Origin: Syntrophaceae bacterium UBA4767
GTDB taxonomy: Bacteria; Desulfobacterota; Syntrophia; Syntrophales; UBA4767
Length of the DNA stretch: 64,000 nucleotides
Assembly (NCBI GenBank): GCA_002403385.1
Contig: DHHR01000067.1
Coordinates: 7,937-71,936, forward strand
Direction of reading: 5' to 3'
The notes below the pieces were generated by a model, which saw only the letters and a program-made list of their open reading frames with translations, had not been told where the DNA came from and ran no database searches. A program made the position numbers and the translations under genes. Below, in pieces: positions 57,879 through 64,000 of this stretch. The first letter of the stretch is position 1; each line of letters opens with the position of its first letter.

Positions 57879-59126
57879 ATGAACACCGAGCAGACGATCA
57901 TGAGACCGATGATTACAGATGATATATTCTTAAGCGAGCTGCTTAATCGGCCCGTTCTCGATCGAAGAGGAAATGAGATTGGCAAGATCAAGGACCTAAA
58001 CGTCATTCCGGGAGAGACCTTCCCCGTGGTGGAAGGCCTTTATTTGCAAAGCCCGAAGGGACTTTTTTATATTCCTATTCCTGATGTGAGCGTCCTGAAC
58101 AAGCGCTATATATCCCTGCAGAGCGACATCAGCACATATAGACCGGTTCAATACCGGCAGGGCGAGACGCTTGTCGGCAAGCAGATCATGGATAAGCAGG
58201 TAGTGGATGTTAACGGTGTAAAGGTCGTCCGTGTCAATGATGTTCACCTCGGATGGGTCAATAATCAGTTCGGTCTTATTGCCATTGATGTGGGCTTCGG
58301 CGGCCTCCTGCGTCGCATGGGGTTTGGAAGGGTCAAAAAAGGAACACTGATCTCCTGGCAGTATCTGAAACCACTAGAGGCGGGCTTGGATCGTCTGACG
58401 CTGACCGTTACCCGCACCGCTCTGGATCAGATGCATCCGTTTGATATTGCAGAGATATTATCACAAATTTCCATCCAGGAGCGCTCCACGCTGCTGGATG
58501 CGTTGGACAAGGAAACCGCAGGGGATGTCATTTCCGAACTGGATGAAGAAACCCAGGTAAATATCATCAAACAGATGGAGCCGGAAAAAGCGGCTGATGT
58601 CCTGGAAGCCATGAATCCGGATGAAGCGGCTGATATTCTCGGCGAAATGCCGGATCGTCAGGCCAAGGAAATTCTGGATTTGATGGAAGAGGAAGATGCG
58701 GCAGATGTTCAGGAACTTCTGGAGCATGACGAGGATACTGCTGGTGGGTTGATGACGACGGACTATCTGTCTCTTTCTCCAGACGCTACGATGGAGGATG
58801 CCATAAGGGAAATCAGGCTTTTGGCGCCTGATATCGAGATGATTTACTACCTTTATGTTTTGGATACGGAAGACCGATTGGAAGGTGTTTTGTCTCTGAA
58901 AGACCTATTGATGGCTTCTCCTTATGAAAAGCTGGCGGATATTATGACGGCCAATCCCAAGAAGGTTCTTGTGGATGCCGATAAAAAAGAAGTGGCGGAG
59001 TTGGTTTCCAAGTATAATCTCATCGCTGTTCCCGTCGTGGATGAAGAAAACCACCTGCTGGGCATCATTACCGTTGATGATATTGTGGACATCCTTCTTC
59101 CCACCCCCTTAAGGAAAAAACGTTAG
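57879..59126 (+). CDS. soluble MgtE-like cytoplasmic-domain protein: two PRC-barrel-like repeats, MgtE_N domain and CBS pair, with no membrane domain
   Basis: Acidic helical MgtE_N repeats (EKAADVLEAMNPDEAADILGEMPDRQAKEILDLMEEEDAADVQELL), then TAGGLMTTDY and a CBS pair. The ORF ends directly after the CBS pair. The start is uncertain: the ORF-track TTG at 57852 lies inside repeat C. Confidence 0.8.
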   Translation: MNTEQTIMRPMITDDIFLSELLNRPVLDRRGNEIGKIKDLNVIPGETFPVVEGLYLQSPKGLFYIPIPDVSVLNKRYISLQSDISTYRPVQYRQGETLVGKQIMDKQVVDVNGVKVVRVNDVHLGWVNNQFGLIAIDVGFGGLLRRMGFGRVKKGTLISWQYLKPLEAGLDRLTLTVTRTALDQMHPFDIAEILSQISIQERSTLLDALDKETAGDVISELDEETQVNIIKQMEPEKAADVLEAMNPDEAADILGEMPDRQAKEILDLMEEEDAADVQELLEHDEDTAGGLMTTDYLSLSPDATMEDAIREIRLLAPDIEMIYYLYVLDTEDRLEGVLSLKDLLMASPYEKLADIMTANPKKVLVDADKKEVAELVSKYNLIAVPVVDEENHLLGIITVDDIVDILLPTPLRKKR

Positions 59127-59129
59127 TTC

Positions 59130-60374
59130 ATGCGCCGGCTGATCAAACATCTCAAAAGCAAGAAGCTCCTGATTTTTCTGAGTGTCATCGGGCCTGGAAT
59201 CATCACTGCCAATGTGGACAACGATGCAGGCGGGATCGCTACTTATTCCCTCGCTGGGGCTCATTTCGGCTACAGCCTGCTGTGGTCGCTCCTTCCTGTA
59301 GCAATACTCCTGGTGATGGTGCAGGAAATGGTGGCGCGCCTTGGGGTGGTGACAGGCAAGGGACTTTCGGATTTAATCCGGGAGGAATACGGTGTAAAAA
59401 CAACACTTTTTGTCATGACCGCCCTTTTGTTAACCAATCTGGGGAATATAACGGCCGAGTTCGCCGGTGTCGCGGCTAGTTTAGGGATATTCGGCATCAG
59501 CCGGTATATTTCGGTTCCTGTTGGGGGGGCGATGATATGGTATCTGGTTGTGCGCGGCAATTACCGGCTTGTGGAGAAGGTATTTCTCGCTGCCTGCGCG
59601 ATTTATCTGGCCTACGTTATTTCGGGAATACTGGCAAGGCCGGACTGGAGCGCTGTCATGGAAGGGATCGTTCAGCCTCAAATGAAAATGGACCTCCCAT
59701 ATTTGGTTATGCTGGTTGGCATTGTCGGAACGACAATTGCGCCGTGGATGCAGTTTTATCAGCAATCTACAATCGTTGAAAAAGAAATCAAGGTGGAACA
59801 TTACCGCTATGTCAGATGGGACGTGATTATTGGGTGTGTTTTTGCCGCCGTCGTGGTTGTTTTTATCATCATTGCCTGTGCGGCGACACTGCACGTCAAC
59901 AATATTCGGATTGAAACTGCCGAAGATGCGGCGGTGGCCCTGGCCCCGCTGGTGGGAAACTACGCAAGTTTTTTATTCGCGCTGGGGCTGGCCAATGCTT
60001 CCCTTTTTGCGGCATCCATCCTCCCTTTGAGTACGGCTTACTCTGTTTGTGAGGGAATGGGTTGGGAGGCGGGCATCAACAAAAGTTTCCATGAAGCGCC
60101 TCAATTTATTGGTCTTTATACAGGTCTCATCATCATTGGCGGGGCGCTGGTCCTGCTCCCAGAGGCGCCGTTGATCCATATCATGCTGATTTCCCAGGTC
60201 ATCAACGGAATCCTCCTGCCGTTCATTCTAATTTTCATCCTTCTGTTGGTGAACAAAAAAGCTCTTATGGGACGTCACGTGAATCCACCTTGGTACAATA
60301 AGATTGTCTGGGTGGCCGTTGTTTTATTGATAATTTTGAACGTGATGCTTTTGGCAATGATGGTTCAGGGTTGA
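59130..60374 (+). CDS. NRAMP/SLC11-related transporter with a non-canonical metal-binding site (NRMT-like, possible Mg2+ transporter)
   Basis: 414 aa and polytopic. The TM1 region reads ANVDNDAGGIAT (59214-59243) where canonical NRAMP has DPGN. The TM6 region reads TIAPWMQFY (APW at 59739-59747) where canonical NRAMP has MPH. Confidence 0.8.
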   Translation: MRRLIKHLKSKKLLIFLSVIGPGIITANVDNDAGGIATYSLAGAHFGYSLLWSLLPVAILLVMVQEMVARLGVVTGKGLSDLIREEYGVKTTLFVMTALLLTNLGNITAEFAGVAASLGIFGISRYISVPVGGAMIWYLVVRGNYRLVEKVFLAACAIYLAYVISGILARPDWSAVMEGIVQPQMKMDLPYLVMLVGIVGTTIAPWMQFYQQSTIVEKEIKVEHYRYVRWDVIIGCVFAAVVVVFIIIACAATLHVNNIRIETAEDAAVALAPLVGNYASFLFALGLANASLFAASILPLSTAYSVCEGMGWEAGINKSFHEAPQFIGLYTGLIIIGGALVLLPEAPLIHIMLISQVINGILLPFILIFILLLVNKKALMGRHVNPPWYNKIVWVAVVLLIILNVMLLAMMVQG

Positions 60375-61162
60375 TGAATGCCATGATGCGCTATAGAACA
60401 GCCGCCTTTGTCCTTCGCTGTATGGATTACGGTGAATCCGACCGGATAGTTACCTTCTATACGGAGGAGCTTGGGAAGCTGAAAGGTATTGCCAAAGGCG
60501 CAAAGCGCAGCAAAAAAAGATTTGCAAATGCTTTGGAGCCATTTTCCTGCCTGCGGATTTTTTTTTCTAGGCATAGACAAGATTCATTGGCCTTGATTGA
60601 GGGTTGTGATGTTCTGAGCCATTTTCCTGCCATCAGAGCCGACCTGGAGAAAACCCTTATCGCTTCCTATATGGTTGAGCTGACGGATCAGTTTACCATG
60701 GAAGGGAAGAAAAACGATGCCTTATTCCAGATGCTTCAGGTTTTTTTGGGTTTTTTGAACTCCGAGACTCTTGTGGAAGGACTGCTTCATTTTTTTGAAA
60801 TTCGCTTTCTTAAAGTTGCCGGTTATGGACCGGCGCTTGACCGATGCATAGTCTGCAAAACACCGGTGGGAGGCGAGAGCCGCTATATGTTTGTCCCTCA
60901 AGAGGGGGGAATCAGGTGCGGTAGTTGCTGTATGACGGGAAATGGAGTTTTTCCTCTATCTCTCGGAACAATTAGGACGCTTACATTAGGGCAAGAATTG
61001 GAACTTGCCCAGCTCAAGCGCTTACCGCTGTCAGAACAGACCATAGCGGAAAGCAGGGCCGCCTTAACGGCTTTTATCCGCCATCTCACCGGCAAGGATT
61101 TAAAATCGTGGCAGGTTATCCAGCAGATAAGAAGGATAGAATCTCAGAGAAGCAACGTTTAA
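60374..61162 (+). CDS. recO: DNA repair protein RecO
   Basis: N-terminal OB fold (AFVLRCMDYGESDRIVTFYT...GKLKGIAKGAKRSKKRF) and a Cys4 zinc motif CIVC...CGSC. The exact start among ATGs at 60374, 60383 and 60386 is unclear. Confidence 0.88.
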   Translation: MNAMMRYRTAAFVLRCMDYGESDRIVTFYTEELGKLKGIAKGAKRSKKRFANALEPFSCLRIFFSRHRQDSLALIEGCDVLSHFPAIRADLEKTLIASYMVELTDQFTMEGKKNDALFQMLQVFLGFLNSETLVEGLLHFFEIRFLKVAGYGPALDRCIVCKTPVGGESRYMFVPQEGGIRCGSCCMTGNGVFPLSLGTIRTLTLGQELELAQLKRLPLSEQTIAESRAALTAFIRHLTGKDLKSWQVIQQIRRIESQRSNV

Positions 61163-61239
61163 TGTTGACACGGACATTTGGCCGTGTTACTTAGCCGCGG
61201 GAGTAAAGAGATAAATAGGTCATAAAACTAGGAGGATAC

Positions 61240-62118
61240 GTGACTTTTCAGGAACTGATTCTTGGCCTTGAGCGGTACTGGGCTGATCACGGATGTGTAA
61301 TTCAGCAGCCCTACGATGTGGAGGTCGGCGCCGGCACGTTCAATCCGGCTACGTTTCTGCGGGCGCTGGGGCCGGAGCCCTGGAATGTGGCCTATGTTGA
61401 GCCTTCCCGCAGACCCACGGACGGCCGGTACGGGGAAAATCCCAATAGGCTTCAGCATTATTACCAGTATCAGGTTCTTATGAAGCCGTCGCCCATGAAT
61501 ATTCAGGAACTTTACCTGGATTCCCTGAAGAGTTTCGGCATCGATCCCCTCGAGCATGATATCCGTTTTGTGGAGGATGACTGGGAATCCCCCACTGTCG
61601 GAGCATGGGGACTGGGCTGGGAGGTCTGGCTGGATGGCATGGAAATCACGCAATTTACTTATTTTCAGCAGGTTGGCGGCATTGACTTGAATCCCATCAG
61701 TGCGGAGCTGACGTACGGCATTGAGCGGATTGCCATGTATATCCAAGGTGTTGATAATGTTTATGACCTGTGCTGGAACGAACAGGTCAAATATGGCGAT
61801 GTGCATCATAAGGGCGAAGTGGAGTGGTCAACCTATAATTTTGAAATGGCCGATATAGACATGCTGAGAAAACTTTTCGATATGTATGAAGCCGAGGGAA
61901 TACGGATGTCTGAGCAGGGACTGGTGCTGCCGACCTACGACCATTGCCTCAAGTGTTCTCATACGTTTAACATGCTCAACGCTAGGGGCGCCATTAGCGT
62001 GGCGGAAAGGACGAGCTATATCGCTCGTGTAAGAGCTCTGGCTAAACTCAGCGCCGATGGGTATCTAAAACAGCGTGAAAGCATGGGCTATCCGCTGATG
62101 AAAAAGAAGAATCGCTGA
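61240..62118 (+). CDS. glyQ: glycine--tRNA ligase alpha subunit
   Basis: 292 aa with a GTG start and GGAGG upstream. The [24 protein letters not shown] block is highly typical of GlyQ. Confidence 0.96.
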   Translation: MTFQELILGLERYWADHGCVIQQPYDVEVGAGTFNPATFLRALGPEPWNVAYVEPSRRPTDGRYGENPNRLQHYYQYQVLMKPSPMNIQELYLDSLKSFGIDPLEHDIRFVEDDWESPTVGAWGLGWEVWLDGMEITQFTYFQQVGGIDLNPISAELTYGIERIAMYIQGVDNVYDLCWNEQVKYGDVHHKGEVEWSTYNFEMADIDMLRKLFDMYEAEGIRMSEQGLVLPTYDHCLKCSHTFNMLNARGAISVAERTSYIARVRALAKLSADGYLKQRESMGYPLMKKKNR

Positions 62119-62164
62119 AGCGCCCGCTGTAAGGATAGCTCTCAACTTCTTTGGAGATTTTTTC

Positions 62165-64000
62165 ATGGCAAAGGAACTGTTGCTGGAAATTGGAACGGAA
62201 GAAATTCCGGCTGCTTTTCTGCCGGCCGCGCAGGCAGATATGGCTGCACTTATAGAGAAGGCGCTTTCCGGCATACGGGTACGTCATGGAGAAATAAAAA
62301 CGATGGCAACTCCCAGAAGACTTTGCCTTGTTGTGATGGATGTCGTTGAAAAGCAGGAAGATCAAATTATGGAAAGGCTGGGGCCGGCCAAACGGGTGGC
62401 GTTTGATGAAACCGGCAAACCATCCAAGTCGCTTATTGGTTTTGCCAGGGGACAGGGAATGGAGGTTGCGGAACTGGCGACTGTTTCTACAGAAAAGGGG
62501 GAGTATATCTGCGCCCGCAAACATGTGGCCGGCCAGGAAACCGTAAGCTTGCTTCCGGATGTTCTAACAAAGCTCGTCTATTCGATTCCCTTCAGAAAAT
62601 CCATGCGGTGGTCGGACCTTCAGATCCGCTTTGCCCGTCCAATTCACTGGATACTGGCTCTTTGGGGCGGGGAGGTGGTATCGTTTAAGATAGAAAACAT
62701 TACAGCCGGGAATCAAAGTTTCGGACATCGCTTCATGAGCCCGGGCGCCATAATGGTATCCAATTTTCAAGATTATGTGGAAAAATTGCGGCAAAATTAT
62801 GTCATGGTTGATCCGGAAGAAAGACGAAAGTTTATACTGCAAGAGGCCGAAAAAGCCGCTGCCAACGTTTCAGGAAGGATTCTGCGAAAGGATGAGCTCC
62901 TTGAAACCGTGACATACCTTGTAGAATATCCCATCGCCATCTGCGGAAGTTTTGACCGTAAATACCTTCGTCTTCCCGAAGAAGTGCTTATCACGTCCAT
63001 GATGTCCCATCAGAAATATTTTCCTGTGGTGGATGAAAAAGGAAATCTTCTGCCCTATTTCATAACCATTGCCAATACAAAAACTCGCGATTTATCTGTC
63101 GTAGCGCGAGGCAATGAGAGGGTTATCCGCGCGCGGCTCTCCGATGCACGGTTCTTTTTCGAGGAAGACCAGAAAGTTTCTCTGGAAAAACGTGTAGAAG
63201 ATTTGAAAAAAGTGGTTTTTCATACCCTTTTGGGGACATCGTACGAAAAGGTCATGCGCTTCAGGGCGCTGGCGGACTTTATTGCCGAGCAACTGTACCC
63301 AGCTTTGAAACCGACGGTCAATCGCGCTGCCTATCTGGCGAAAGCCGATCTGGATACGCAGATGGTGGGGGAATTCCCCGAGCTTCAAGGCGTCATGGGC
63401 AGAGAGTACGCCCTGCTTGCTGGCGAAAACTCTGTAGTGGCAAAGGCTATCTATGAACATTATCTTCCCGTTGTTGCAGGGGGACAGTTGCCGGAAACGG
63501 ATGAAGGCGCCATTTTAAGTATAGCGGATAAGATGGACACCATCGTGGGGTTTTTCGGGGTGAATTTGATTCCCACCGGCACGGCCGATCCCTATGCCTT
63601 GAGGCGTCATGCCCTGGGTATTATCAATATTATCTTAGACAAGCGGTATTCTCTGCGAATCAATGAACTTGTCGATAAAAGCCTTGATATCCTCCACGAT
63701 AAAATAAAAGAGGATAAAGGACAGATTAAAAGTGATGTCCTGGAATTTTTCAGGGGGCGCTTCGGCAATCAACTGATTGCTCATGGCCATCCCTATGATG
63801 TGGTAGACGCTGTTTTAGTGACGGGCATCTCGGATATCGTGAAAGCTCTGAGGAAGATCGAGGCGATGGAGGCTTTCAAAGCGCATGCGGACTTTGAACC
63901 GCTGGCCATTGCCTTCAAACGGGCAAGCAATATACTGAAAGGTTTCTCCGGAGGCGTCGTAAATCCTGCCCTTTTCGAAGCAGCCGCCGAAAAAACCCTG
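62165..64000 (+). CDS. glyS: glycine--tRNA ligase beta subunit (3' end outside the window)
   Basis: My own translation from ATG 62165 gives MAKELLLEIGTEEIPAAFLP..., and the frame stays open to the window end (612 codons). It is absent from the ORF track because no stop lies inside the window. Confidence 0.93.
   Translation, partial: MAKELLLEIGTEEIPAAFLPAAQADMAALIEKALSGIRVRHGEIKTMATPRRLCLVVMDVVEKQEDQIMERLGPAKRVAFDETGKPSKSLIGFARGQGMEVAELATVSTEKGEYICARKHVAGQETVSLLPDVLTKLVYSIPFRKSMRWSDLQIRFARPIHWILALWGGEVVSFKIENITAGNQSFGHRFMSPGAIMVSNFQDYVEKLRQNYVMVDPEERRKFILQEAEKAAANVSGRILRKDELLETVTYLVEYPIAICGSFDRKYLRLPEEVLITSMMSHQKYFPVVDEKGNLLPYFITIANTKTRDLSVVARGNERVIRARLSDARFFFEEDQKVSLEKRVEDLKKVVFHTLLGTSYEKVMRFRALADFIAEQLYPALKPTVNRAAYLAKADLDTQMVGEFPELQGVMGREYALLAGENSVVAKAIYEHYLPVVAGGQLPETDEGAILSIADKMDTIVGFFGVNLIPTGTADPYALRRHALGIINIILDKRYSLRINELVDKSLDILHDKIKEDKGQIKSDVLEFFRGRFGNQLIAHGHPYDVVDAVLVTGISDIVKALRKIEAMEAFKAHADFEPLAIAFKRASNILKGFSGGVVNPALFEAAAEKTL

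Overview
This is an origin-proximal 64-kb chromosomal segment (rsmG-parA-parB-dnaA-dnaN-gyrB-gyrA). Gene content suggests an anaerobic, possibly syntrophic, Deltaproteobacteria/Desulfobacterota-type organism; the taxon is inference only. I can support about 56 protein-coding genes, one tRNA-Gln, several promoters, terminators and attenuators, and a family of intergenic palindromic repeats. Layout: (1) 0-7.3 kb: cell-wall amidase, MBL hydrolase, and the clpS-clpA-aat N-degron module. (2) 7.2-21.5 kb, minus-strand block: metF, a NUDIX fusion protein, a methyltransferase, a PPi-type pfk, gyrA, gyrB, dnaN, an AT-rich oriC candidate, dnaA, parB, parA, rsmG. (3) 21.6-27.7 kb: trmJ-like gene, ubiE, and an Fe-ADH + DegT-type aminotransferase + hldD + kdsB set. 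(4) 27.6-32.9 kb: ilvB-N-C-D with an Ile-rich leader peptide and attenuator, then tRNA-Gln. (5) 33.3-42.9 kb, minus-strand accessory-looking cluster: M55 peptidase, butyrate kinase, two tandem PTA/PTB paralogs, a TLP1-type thiolase-like protein, MarR, an MBL hydrolase and a stand-alone glycyl radical enzyme. The motifs of that enzyme match the fumarate-adding (X-succinate synthase) clade, yet no activase or small subunits are anywhere in the window. This is my best candidate for an undescribed system. (6) 44.7-54.4 kb: a complete sucCD-mutAB-meaB-epimerase-carboxyltransferase methylmalonyl-CoA operon. (7) A PyrR-attenuated pyrR-pyrB-pyrC operon. (8) A soluble MgtE-N/CBS protein coupled to an NRAMP-related transporter with a non-canonical metal site, followed by recO, glyQ and glyS (3' truncated by the window edge). 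No CRISPR array, rRNA or intact mobile element was seen. All family assignments come from motif recognition by eye, with no database search.
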